Both the position numbers and the translations under genes were made by a program. A model generated the notes under the pieces. That model was given only the letters and a program-made list of their open reading frames with translations, was not told the DNA's origin and did not search any database. Positions 19,042 through 26,001 of a stretch of DNA of 63,560 nt are shown here, piece after piece. Origin of the DNA: a virus; the IMG/VR virus record IMGVR_UViG_3300027852_000005, positions 1-63,560 of that record; one strand, written 5' to 3'. Position 1 is the stretch's first letter; every line of letters starts with the position of its first letter.

Positions 19042-19437
19042 TTACTTGGTTGCCACGAGCCAACTTTGGTTAGTGTTGGCCATCCACGTAGGCATATTAT
19101 GCGCGGCCCATCCACCGCGTGGCGGCGCAACGCTGCTAGCCGCTGCACCCGCTACCAGCGCGGCCTTGAACTGTGCCAGCGTAAAGCCTTTGGGGTGCTC
19201 CTTGGTTAAGCTGTTGGCCACGGCCTGCGCGTAAGCACGGTGTGTACCGGGGCGCACAGGTGGCATGGTGCCAGCCACAAACAGGGGTGCTTGTGGTGCT
19301 GCTGCCTGCGCTGCCTTGGTGCCTGTTGCGGCCTTGGTGGTGGCCACTGTGCCGCTACCTGTTGCGGCTGTTGCGGCTGTTGCGGCTGGTGCCTTGCGCT
19401 TGGTTGTGGTGCGGGTGTTTGTTGCTGTGGTAGCCAT
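19042..19437 (-). CDS. Ala/Thr/Lys-rich protein (131 aa), possibly a histone H1-like DNA binder
   Basis: The ORF is much more GC-rich than its surroundings. The N-terminus is MATTATNTRTTTKRKAPAATAATAATGSG...KAATGTKAAQAAAP, and the C-terminal half is GTHRAYAQAVANSLTKEHPKGFTLAQFKAALVAG.... Confidence 0.55.
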   Translation of the reverse strand: MATTATNTRTTTKRKAPAATAATAATGSGTVATTKAATGTKAAQAAAPQAPLFVAGTMPPVRPGTHRAYAQAVANSLTKEHPKGFTLAQFKAALVAGAAASSVAPPRGGWAAHNMPTWMANTNQSWLVATK

Positions 19438-19637
19438 TTTAAATTTACCTTTTGGTGTGTGTGCTTGGCGTTAGTGCCTTGCTACACTTATTAACTTAGG
19501 ACCTGCCAAGGCATATGTAAAGTAAAAAATACACAAAATTCGTAAACAGTGTGTTTCCGCATTAGCGTGCAATCCGCCTTAGTGTTGCCGCATTTGTAGT
19601 GCATAACAATAATGCAACCAAAACAAAGGAACACAAA

Positions 19638-19799
19638 ATGTTTAACCGCTTGTTTAAGAAACCCGCCCCCGCTACTACTGCACCCGACCGCGCCTATGTA
19701 AAGGATAGTTATACGCAAAAGGTTATTTATACCGGAACCGTTGCTGCCTGCCAGCGTTACGTTAGTACCTTTGGGCTTTGCTATGTGGAGGCCTTTTAA
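19638..19799 (+). CDS. Hypothetical small protein (53 aa), plus strand
   Basis: ATG 19638 lies behind AAGGA (ORF-track 19599..19799 trimmed). It is divergent from 19042..19437. Confidence 0.45.
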   Translation: MFNRLFKKPAPATTAPDRAYVKDSYTQKVIYTGTVAACQRYVSTFGLCYVEAF

Positions 19800-19800
19800 T

Positions 19801-19977
19801 ATGGTGAAATTTGTATTACTGCTGACCCTTTGGAGCGCGGATACACCGGTGCCAGAGGTTTACGTTTTGGACAGTGGCATTACCGGACAGTATTGCATAG
19901 AGATGCTTTTGGAAAGCTATGCGCCGGACAGCATAGGGGTGCTGAGTTGTGAAGTTGACCAAGCATTTGAAAGCTGA
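19801..19977 (+). CDS. Hypothetical small protein with a signal-like N-terminus (58 aa), plus strand
   Basis: ATG 19801 lies 9 nt after GGAGG and 1 nt after the upstream TAA. The protein begins MVKFVLLLTLWSADTPVPE.... A terminator follows. Confidence 0.5.
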   Translation: MVKFVLLLTLWSADTPVPEVYVLDSGITGQYCIEMLLESYAPDSIGVLSCEVDQAFES

Positions 19978-19994
19978 CCAGCCCAAAGAGGGCA

Positions 19995-20021
19995 AGCCCT
20001 GCCGAGAGGCGGGGCTTTTTG
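19995..20021 (+). terminator. Rho-independent terminator of the plus-strand mini-operon
   Basis: AGCCCTGCC-GAGA-GGCGGGGCT (9-bp stem, one G-U pair) followed by TTTTT. Confidence 0.7.
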
Positions 20022-20201
20022 ACGACCGAGAGAAAGAGACGGAAAGAGAGAGACCAGTCTTCTTCTTCTTTCTCGGATTTACACTGTCGGCGAAAATCCG
20101 TCGGGGATAATCGGTGTCGGCGATTGACGAAAACGAAGACAGACCTATTCCTGCCGATACCCTCTCGGATACTGACAGTCGGCGATTTTTCCACCGGACG
20201 A
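20019..20201. repeat. Intergenic repeat unit R1 (purine-rich tract plus three TGTCGGCGA-type boxes)
   Basis: Boxes at 20085-93 and 20115-23 (within AATCGGTGTCGGCGATT), plus 20177-85 (AGTCGGCGA). The tract is gagagaaagagacggaaagagagag. Confidence 0.6.
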
Positions 20202-20516
20202 TTAATCTTGAGGATTATGCAGCAAATGGATAACGTCTTCTACCTTCTCGCAGCCCATGCCATCGTAATACTCTGCTTGCTCTATCGCAGTGCTCTCCCA
20301 ATCCAGATACGGTGAACCACCATCCCAGACCAGAAACTCTTGGTTGTTGTCGTCCCAAGCACAAAGCGTGTCCAGACCATAGACCTCTCCCGTCTGAGAG
20401 AGCAAGGCATAGGTGCGACCATTGTGATCGACGATAGCTGGTGGAGTGAACTGTAATGCAGGAGCCTCTTTTTTGAGTGCTTGCATTAAGTCGAGAAACT
20501 CTTGTGGGTGTGACAT
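20202..20516 (-). CDS. Hypothetical protein (104 aa), paralogue of 20717..21076
   Basis: Shares PQEF(L/M)DL ... (A/C)AWDD.N....(L/Y)(V/Y)WDG..P...WE....E.AE with its neighbour. RBS AAGGA. Confidence 0.6.
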   Translation of the reverse strand: MSHPQEFLDLMQALKKEAPALQFTPPAIVDHNGRTYALLSQTGEVYGLDTLCAWDDNNQEFLVWDGGSPYLDWESTAIEQAEYYDGMGCEKVEDVIHLLHNPQD

Positions 20517-20551
20517 TAGCTTATCCTTGGGTGGTAGTACGTTATATACTC

Positions 20552-20592
20552 AGAGTAGCATGTGGCTCCGAGTTAGACAAGTTTTACTTGTC
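20552..20592 (-). promoter_or_regulatory. Dyad-type promoter P2
   Basis: Sense: GACAAGTAAAACTTGTCT-N17-TACTCT. The dyad GACAAGT-N3-ACTTGTC is perfect. Confidence 0.6.
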
Positions 20593-20716
20593 ATCTAAAG
20601 ACAACTTTATTTCCAGTTATTTCCAGAAGAAAAGGAAGAAGAAGACGAATAACCATGCCGACAGCATCTCAGGGATAATCGGTGTCGGCGAAACCGACTA
20701 TCCCTTGGACGAATGC
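20593..20716. repeat. Intergenic repeat unit R2
   Basis: catctaaagacaactttatttccag..gaagaaaaggaagaagaagacga..ccgacag..gggataatcggtgtcggcga (box 20682-90). This parallels R1 and R3. Confidence 0.6.
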
Positions 20717-21076
20717 TTACTTAGGAAGTTCGCCTGTGGCGATGTAAGTGGTGAGCGCTGCGAGATCGGCGAATTTTATACCGCCTAAGACTTCTGCGTT
20801 TTCGAGGATGGAAATCTCCCAATTGTAGGCGGGATCCTCTCCGTCCCAATACAGGTAAACGCCATTGAGATCGTCCCATGCTACGAGCGCTGGCTGGCCT
20901 GACTGCGAGGGGCAATGGCCGAAGCTGAAGAAGTAGTACCAGCGACCCCCATTCTCTACGATGTGTGGGAATGAAGCATAGATCTTCTCGTTTGCTGCCC
21001 ATTGGGCAATAGTAACGCCGAGATCCATGAATTCTTGCGGGCGATAAGCCAGCGTGATATTTGTGTTTGTGGACAT
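20717..21076 (-). CDS. Hypothetical protein (119 aa), paralogue of 20202..20516
   Basis: ORF-track 20717..21136 trimmed to ATG 21076 (MSTNTNITLAYRPQEFMDL...), because the listed start lies inside promoter P3. Confidence 0.6.
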   Translation of the reverse strand: MSTNTNITLAYRPQEFMDLGVTIAQWAANEKIYASFPHIVENGGRWYYFFSFGHCPSQSGQPALVAWDDLNGVYLYWDGEDPAYNWEISILENAEVLGGIKFADLAALTTYIATGELPK

Positions 21077-21107
21077 GTTGGTAGCCTTTATATTAAGTTG
21101 TGAGTTA

Positions 21108-21148
21108 ATATAACATGTAGAAGGTCCGAGAGACAAGTTCTATTTGTC
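21108..21148 (-). promoter_or_regulatory. Dyad-type promoter P3
   Basis: Sense: GACAAATAGAACTTGTCT-N17-TTATAT. Confidence 0.55.
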
Positions 21149-21288
21149 ATCTAAAGACAAACAACTTTATTTCGAAGATGAGGAAGACAGAGAATCCTAC
21201 AGATCTTCAATCCGACAGATCGTGTCGGCGAATTCTGTAGATGGAGTCCGTCCTGGAGACCGAATCGGATTGATCGTGTCGGCGATTT
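21149..21288. repeat. Intergenic repeat unit R3
   Basis: catctaaagacaaacaactttatttcgaag..gaggaagacagagaa..CCGACAgatcgTGTCGGcgaa (hairpin; box 21223-31), plus gattgatcgTGTCGGCGAtttttag (box 21277-85). Confidence 0.6.
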
Positions 21289-21930
21289 TTAGCTTTCGTC
21301 ATCTGAGCCCAAGAGAGGAGCCTCCGGCGTCACATCCTTCGCCGCTCCAAAACGCTTCTCCCAATCGTCAATGTCTTCCATCTCGGCAGGTGCGATCATG
21401 ACACCGCCAGAGTGGTTCACTGCGATCTCCTGTTTATCTCGATATCCCTTGTCGTGCTTCTTCAGTTCGAGCTCGATGAGGCGGATAGGATAGATTGTCT
21501 CTTCGGAGACGAGGTTGCCGTTCCGGTCGTAACTCTTCTTTGTCGTCCCGTTGAACAACAGGTTTTGATGGTGTCCAATCAGCTTGTCTTGATATTCCTG
21601 CTCTTGCATGTAGAGGGCCTCGGCGAACTCTTCATCATCTTCCATCGCCTTGCGAACTGTCTGCGGCGAAACTCCGGCTGCGGCTGCGCTCTCACCCATC
21701 CGTCCCCATTTCGCATACTCCAACAAGAAGATCTCCTTGGCCTTATCGTCGAACTTTATACGAGACATTCTTATCTCGGTCCGCCACTCTCCAGTGACGT
21801 CGTCGTATATATCCAGTTTTTGGACTTTCGATCCTCGGCTGATCAAACTCCGTGGCCTTTCACGCATACGGAATTCTTCGTCGTATTTCTGAGCATAGTC
21901 TTCGATTTCGTCGGCCATCTGTTCTCTCAT
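21289..21930 (-). CDS. terS: Terminase small subunit-like HTH protein (213 aa)
   Basis: ...KAKEIFLLEYAKWGRMGESAAAAGVSPQTVRKAMEDDEEFAEALYMQEQEYQDKL...LIELELKKHDKGYRDK fits the HTH-type small terminase pattern I recall from alphaproteobacterial phages. It is the first gene of the late strand block. Confidence 0.6.
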   Translation of the reverse strand: MREQMADEIEDYAQKYDEEFRMRERPRSLISRGSKVQKLDIYDDVTGEWRTEIRMSRIKFDDKAKEIFLLEYAKWGRMGESAAAAGVSPQTVRKAMEDDEEFAEALYMQEQEYQDKLIGHHQNLLFNGTTKKSYDRNGNLVSEETIYPIRLIELELKKHDKGYRDKQEIAVNHSGGVMIAPAEMEDIDDWEKRFGAAKDVTPEAPLLGSDDES

Positions 21931-22319
21931 CTATGTGCGTGTGAGGGAAGAATGTGAAGATCCCTCCTTAAACAGTTAGCATCCCAGCCCAAGGAAAGCA
22001 AGCTAAACCTCTCAGTAGAGTCAAGTAGAGTCAGCCGTTATTTCCAGAATTTCCGTCAACCTGTTGTTCTAACTACCCTAATTCATAATATTTATTATAA
22101 TAAAATAATAAAATAACTGACTCCCCTAACTTTACCACCAAGTCCCAGCAGCTACGCTGAGCAACCCGCTTCTTGGGCTTCCAACCCGAATTATAACTTA
22201 CCCTTTTAATTCTCATGAGAAATACCTGTTGCAACAGGCACTTAAACCGATATATCATTAAGTTCGTTAAACACATAAAGGGCGCTTTTGCCTCCCCTTA
22301 GACTAAGGAAACATATCGA
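21931..22319. promoter_or_regulatory. Divergent control region between terS (minus) and 22320..23003 (plus)
   Basis: Tandem AGTAGAGTCA x2 (22014-22033); GTTATTTCCAGAA shared with R2; an AT tract ataatatttattataataaaataataaaataa (22085-22116); a perfect 14-bp palindrome CCTGTTGCAACAGG (22225-38) over a plus-strand TTGCAA-N16/17-TATATC. Confidence 0.45.
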
Positions 22320-23003
22320 ATGGCTCAATATCTAAATCAGTTTCAACCCCGTCGTGACCAGAAGGATATGATGTTCAGGACGCACCCAAGACTGGCCCAA
22401 CAGAGAGGAAGACTGTACCGCTCATGCGAATTACCGAACATGATCACACAGATCCAACTCTATAGATACACGTTCGATGACCATTTCGCTACACAGATTG
22501 CGATTTCGGACCTGCATAATTATCTGGTCGGAAGGGTTCCATTTATTTCCAAGAAACACCTTGGTGGAGCAGTGCTGAACGCGCTTGACTACGACCCTCG
22601 TAAATTGAAGGGAGTTACCAAAGAAAACGACAAGGCAACGATGACTTATATCTTTGCAGGTGGTCCGCTTGAATTGCGCTATGGTTTAGAATGGATGATC
22701 TGCGCATGGTATAGAAGATTTTTAATGAGCGAAGGCACGCACGAAAGCGATTTGGACACTCCAGAGAAGATGGCGTGGGAACTGGACCTCTTGGGTACAG
22801 AAAGCCATGAAGATTATATTCAGGATGTTCTTGGGCCTCTCCGACGGATGGAAGCGGTATATCCAGAGCCTGATTGGAAGACTTTGATGCGACAAGCTGC
22901 GATCGGTAATCACGACCGTAAAGCAGATTATGATCTAGTTATGGGAGACCCACCTAAGGATTTGTCTGACCGAGCAACAGGACTAACACTCATCTCGCAA
23001 TGA
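22320..23003 (+). CDS. Hypothetical protein (227 aa), the only sizeable plus-strand gene
   Basis: ATG 8 nt after AAGGAA. It is convergent with the early minus-strand genes, and a hairpin follows. No motif was recognised. Confidence 0.65.
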   Translation: MAQYLNQFQPRRDQKDMMFRTHPRLAQQRGRLYRSCELPNMITQIQLYRYTFDDHFATQIAISDLHNYLVGRVPFISKKHLGGAVLNALDYDPRKLKGVTKENDKATMTYIFAGGPLELRYGLEWMICAWYRRFLMSEGTHESDLDTPEKMAWELDLLGTESHEDYIQDVLGPLRRMEAVYPEPDWKTLMRQAAIGNHDRKADYDLVMGDPPKDLSDRATGLTLISQ

Positions 23004-23013
23004 TAACTCCATC

Positions 23014-23043
23014 CCGCGCTCGTGTCATACTCAACGAGCGCGG
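23014..23043. terminator. Hairpin between convergent genes (CCGCGCTCG-N12-CGAGCGCGG)
   Basis: A 9-bp GC stem 10 nt after the plus-gene stop, followed by TTCCATATTC on the plus strand. Confidence 0.5.
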
Positions 23044-23120
23044 TTCCATATTCATAGGCAGACGGGTAATACCCCAAGGGGACGACCCATTCTCTGGTGG
23101 GAGACAACGCGTCCACCACT

Positions 23121-23279
23121 TCATGGAGCAAGATAGTCACTGTCTCGCAGAACCTTCTCCACAAACTCAGTGACAGCCGGACCAGCCTTCTCTGGGATAT
23201 CTGCATCCGGATAGTCTTTCACCAGAGCATCACGCATCTGTGTCCACAGCACTGTTCGACGTATGTTATGAACTGACAT
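23121..23279 (-). CDS. Hypothetical protein (52 aa)
   Basis: Trimmed to ATG 23279 (MSVHNIRRTVLW...), which overlaps the upstream stop (TGATG). Confidence 0.5.
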   Translation of the reverse strand: MSVHNIRRTVLWTQMRDALVKDYPDADIPEKAGPAVTEFVEKVLRDSDYLAP

Positions 23280-23521
23280 CAGTTCAGCGCCTTGTTCAAG
23301 ATATCGGAGAGGCTGTCGCCAGCATCGATCTGCGTTTCCCATGAGGCTCGTTTCCGAAGGTCTGCAAGTATCTGCGTCGTCAACTCTGCGATACGGTCCT
23401 CACATTCCTGCGCCTTGTCACGGCGCTCCATCTTCAACTCCAGCTGAAACTGAACGAAGCGGAACTGGAGTTCCCCATGGGCCTTTTCGACCTTTTCACG
23501 TAAATCACACATTTCACACAT
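23279..23521 (-). CDS. Hypothetical coiled-coil protein (80 aa)
   Basis: ORF track, same-strand gene train. Confidence 0.55.
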   Translation of the reverse strand: MCEMCDLREKVEKAHGELQFRFVQFQLELKMERRDKAQECEDRIAELTTQILADLRKRASWETQIDAGDSLSDILNKALN

Positions 23522-23524
23522 ATT

Positions 23525-23749
23525 CTAGGACCCCTCTGGTGCCGTTGGTGGTGCAGTGGTGCGGGGCGCTGCATCCAGCGCGTCCGTAGAGCCTCTGTAA
23601 TGGTCCCTGACCATCACTTTGAGGGCGTTGTGCGCTATGCGTAGCGAGGCATCACTGCCTGAGATTAACTTTATCTCCAGACCAGTCGGTTGATGCACCA
23701 TCTTCACCTTATCGAACACAAAGTTCGGCACTTTATCTACCACGGTCAT
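23525..23749 (-). CDS. Small protein with a release-factor (RF-1 domain)-like core lacking GGQ (74 aa)
   Basis: VKMVHQPTGLEIKLISGSDASLRIAHNALKVM compares with RF2 [31 protein letters not shown]. The C-terminal tail GSTDALDAAPRTTAPPTAPEGS is encoded by G-rich element E2. Confidence 0.4.
   Translation of the reverse strand: MTVVDKVPNFVFDKVKMVHQPTGLEIKLISGSDASLRIAHNALKVMVRDHYRGSTDALDAAPRTTAPPTAPEGS
23531..23595. repeat. G-rich dispersed element copy E2 (translated as the C-terminal tail of 23525..23749)
   Basis: GCCGTTGGTGG at 23541-51. The 18-mer CCAGCGCGTCCGTAGAGC at 23575-92 is identical to 36359-76. Confidence 0.6.
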
Positions 23750-24030
23750 GTGTTCAGCATCCTTGTTATGTTGTTCGCCATGCCCTTGCAGAACATACGG
23801 AGGTCTTCCCGTTCACGACGCAGTATGTCATTCTCCAAAGTTATCTCGGCCATCATGACCATCCCTGCTCCTACTGCTTCTTTCAGCGTGGGGTAAGGAT
23901 TGAGAATTCCATCGTGATACACCTGACCGAGACCGGCGAGTGCCTCGTTCTTGGGTTTCTTGTGTTGATCCCACAGGTCCAAGGCAGCAGCGATCTCTTC
24001 ATGCGTTCTGCCCATATAGAGTTTAGTCAT
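23746..24030 (-). CDS. Hypothetical protein (94 aa)
   Basis: Trimmed to ATG 24030 (MTKLYMGRTHEE...) behind AGGAG. Confidence 0.5.
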   Translation of the reverse strand: MTKLYMGRTHEEIAAALDLWDQHKKPKNEALAGLGQVYHDGILNPYPTLKEAVGAGMVMMAEITLENDILRREREDLRMFCKGMANNITRMLNT

Positions 24031-24262
24031 CCAATTGCTCCTGTATCTTGGGAGCGAGGCTTTCAGACACCTCACGTTCCCATGCGTCACCCCATCCACA
24101 GTATTCGTGATGGTCAAGGCTTTCTTGTAGGACCTCCTTCAATTTGGATATCCTCCCAGCGGCGTATTCGAAGGCTCGCCTCGCTTGGGTTTCTGTATCT
24201 TCCGGAACGAAGCCTGCTTTCTTAGCCAGTTCAGCCCACGGTTCTCCGTCGTACAGTCCCAT
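24023..24262 (-). CDS. Hypothetical protein (79 aa)
   Basis: Trimmed to ATG 24262 (MGLYDGEPW...), overlapping the upstream stop. Confidence 0.5.
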   Translation of the reverse strand: MGLYDGEPWAELAKKAGFVPEDTETQARRAFEYAAGRISKLKEVLQESLDHHEYCGWGDAWEREVSESLAPKIQEQLDD

Positions 24263-24438
24263 CAGCGATGCTCCTTGAGGCGACGCCACAGGTAGTCTGC
24301 CCACATCCAGATGATTGCGGCATCAATGGACATAAGGAACCAGTCACCATTCTGCCAGTCGGTCCACAGCATATATGGCCCAATGACACAGGAGCAGGCG
24401 ATTGCGAATATGATCAGTGCGAATTTAGGCTTCCACAT
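24262..24438 (-). CDS. Small membrane protein (58 aa, MWKPKFALIIFAIACSCVIGPYMLW...)
   Basis: Hand-found ORF below the track cutoff. It has two hydrophobic segments and fills a gap. Confidence 0.45.
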   Translation of the reverse strand: MWKPKFALIIFAIACSCVIGPYMLWTDWQNGDWFLMSIDAAIIWMWADYLWRRLKEHR

Positions 24439-24721
24439 CATTAGTCTCCCATTTATACTTCTTGTCTTTACTTAGATCTTGCCAAAATTTAAGATCTTCT
24501 TCTGGTCTATTAGTGAGAAATTCTTCCCAACCAGTCCAGATCATTTCCCAGTCACTGGACGGAAAGCATCCGTTATAGCAGCGACGCTGAGATCCAGGAC
24601 GAGCGACACGTTCCAGCCTCTTACAGTAGATAGTCCCCAGGATTTCTTTCTTGGGTTCTGGAACGTGTCTTCCACTCATTTCCTTACGCCACTTGTCTAG
24701 TGCTGGAGTATCACTTAACAT
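24425..24721 (-). CDS. Hypothetical protein (98 aa)
   Basis: Trimmed to ATG 24721 (MLSDTPALDKW...). Confidence 0.5.
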   Translation of the reverse strand: MLSDTPALDKWRKEMSGRHVPEPKKEILGTIYCKRLERVARPGSQRRCYNGCFPSSDWEMIWTGWEEFLTNRPEEDLKFWQDLSKDKKYKWETNDVEA

Positions 24722-25088
24722 AGTGAGGCAACCTCTCTTCATCCACCTTGCCAGTGCTGACAATCGTTGTCCACGACGTGTAGACCTGCAAGTCCACGAG
24801 CGGGATCTTTGCAGAACACCATGTCGCTCCATCGTTATCGGACCCAAGGAAGAGGCCACACCCAACGAAGGCGACGCCGTTCAGTTTCCAGACTGGCCGT
24901 CCAGGCTTGAGAGCAGCTTCTTCATCGACCAGCAGGTTGTCACCCTGCGGGAGAATGAGGCCGACCTGTACGATCTCGACGCGATGTCCTAACCAGGACA
25001 TTGCATTGTAAACTGACTGGATATCATTCTTCTTGATGATAACCTCTTCGATGGTCTTGATATACGGATTGATCACTACTCCACGCAT
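24711..25088 (-). CDS. DUF3846-like protein (125 aa)
   Basis: ...VEIVQVGLILPQGDNLLVDEEAALKPGRP... resembles the DUF3846 pattern as I recall it. Confidence 0.4.
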   Translation of the reverse strand: MRGVVINPYIKTIEEVIIKKNDIQSVYNAMSWLGHRVEIVQVGLILPQGDNLLVDEEAALKPGRPVWKLNGVAFVGCGLFLGSDNDGATWCSAKIPLVDLQVYTSWTTIVSTGKVDEERLPHYVK

Positions 25089-25288
25089 GGGCGTATCTCC
25101 ATTCTGTTGTCGAACCCATCAGCATAGAATGCTGTCACGAACTCATTAGGGAATTTAGTGTTGACGAGGATCTCCTCGCAATTCTGCACAATGGTATCAT
25201 CGGCGCGAGAAATGCAGCCTTTGATCCGCTCGGTGGTGGCGCAGGCGACCCCGCGTCCACCGCATTTAATGATCAGCAAAAACATCAT
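25076..25288 (-). CDS. Hypothetical Cys-containing protein (70 aa)
   Basis: ORF track; ATGA-type overlap with the upstream gene. Confidence 0.5.
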   Translation of the reverse strand: MMFLLIIKCGGRGVACATTERIKGCISRADDTIVQNCEEILVNTKFPNEFVTAFYADGFDNRMEIRPCVE

Positions 25289-25545
25289 AATTCCACCTGC
25301 TCACCGTTGTGACCTAAGGCCTCGATCTCAAACATAGCATTCGGGTGGGGACCGTTGAATTTCCACCCGTCGCGCTGGTCTTTCGCAGCTTTAATCAGGT
25401 GTCCATCATTACAGTCGTTCAAGATATTGAACCACGGCATTGTCCTGAACTTCGACGTGGTGGTAATCGTGTTCAGCAAGCGACGGGGAGACTGTGCTCC
25501 TTTTTCACGGATCCACAATTTTACTTCTGAGATGTCATGTGTCAT
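25285..25545 (-). CDS. Hypothetical protein (86 aa)
   Basis: ATG lies behind AAAGGAC. Confidence 0.55.
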   Translation of the reverse strand: MTHDISEVKLWIREKGAQSPRRLLNTITTTSKFRTMPWFNILNDCNDGHLIKAAKDQRDGWKFNGPHPNAMFEIEALGHNGEQVEL

Positions 25546-25605
25546 GATAGTCCTTTCAGTCCGGTGTTACCATCGATCATGTCGTTGGCAAAGAATGCTG
25601 TCTTT

Positions 25606-25920
25606 TCAGCCAGTGCGACGGCCTGCTTCAACGTGAACCTGGATCTTTTTACACCAGCCTTTGAGTGTGGAGGCGCGTCCGAGATTAGGATCGAACGGAA
25701 GTTTCAAATCTGTGAGAATATTAATCTCATAATGTACCGCTTGAGTTTCCAATTCAGCGGCGAGATTACGGTCATCACACTGAATAATGTCGCGGACAGA
25801 ACGAGCGCCTGTGTCCTCGTCACGTCCAAAGATAATGATGCGGCAATCTGTAGAAAACTCCAACACTTCCAAAATAATCTGGTGGGGTTGGTCTGTATTG
25901 CAGAAAGTTATCTGTGTCAT
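25606..25920 (-). CDS. Hypothetical protein (104 aa)
   Basis: ORF-track 25606..25959 trimmed to ATG 25920 (MTQITFCNTDQ...), because the listed start lies inside promoter P4. Confidence 0.55.
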   Translation of the reverse strand: MTQITFCNTDQPHQIILEVLEFSTDCRIIIFGRDEDTGARSVRDIIQCDDRNLAAELETQAVHYEINILTDLKLPFDPNLGRASTLKGWCKKIQVHVEAGRRTG

Positions 25921-25947
25921 TTGGTAGCCTTTTGTTGCTATACTAAG

Positions 25948-25988
25948 AGTATAGCACAAGAAGCAGGGCGAGACAAATTCTACTTATC
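25948..25988 (-). promoter_or_regulatory. Dyad-type promoter P4 (second half-site copy at 25995-26005)
   Basis: Sense: GATAAGTAGAATTTGTCT-N17-TATACT. The dyad sits in the loop of CAGGGCG...CGCCCTG. Confidence 0.6.
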
Positions 25989-26001
25989 CCGCCCTGACAA
26001 G

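Noticed and set aside
19042-19977. Divergent gene pair as a cI/Cro-type lysogeny switch
   Set aside because: I recognised no HTH in any of the three proteins. No integrase, excisionase or attP-like site occurs anywhere in the genome. The phage looks virulent.
22225-22238. Perfect 14-bp palindrome CCTGTTGCAACAGG as a statistically significant feature on its own
   Set aside because: About four perfect 14-bp palindromes are expected by chance in 63 kb. It is kept only as context for the divergent control region.
22073-22276. 67-aa minus-strand ORF in the AT-rich divergent region
   Set aside because: It runs through the extreme AT tract and the putative promoter region, lacks an RBS and has an implausible sequence. 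I treat the region as regulatory.
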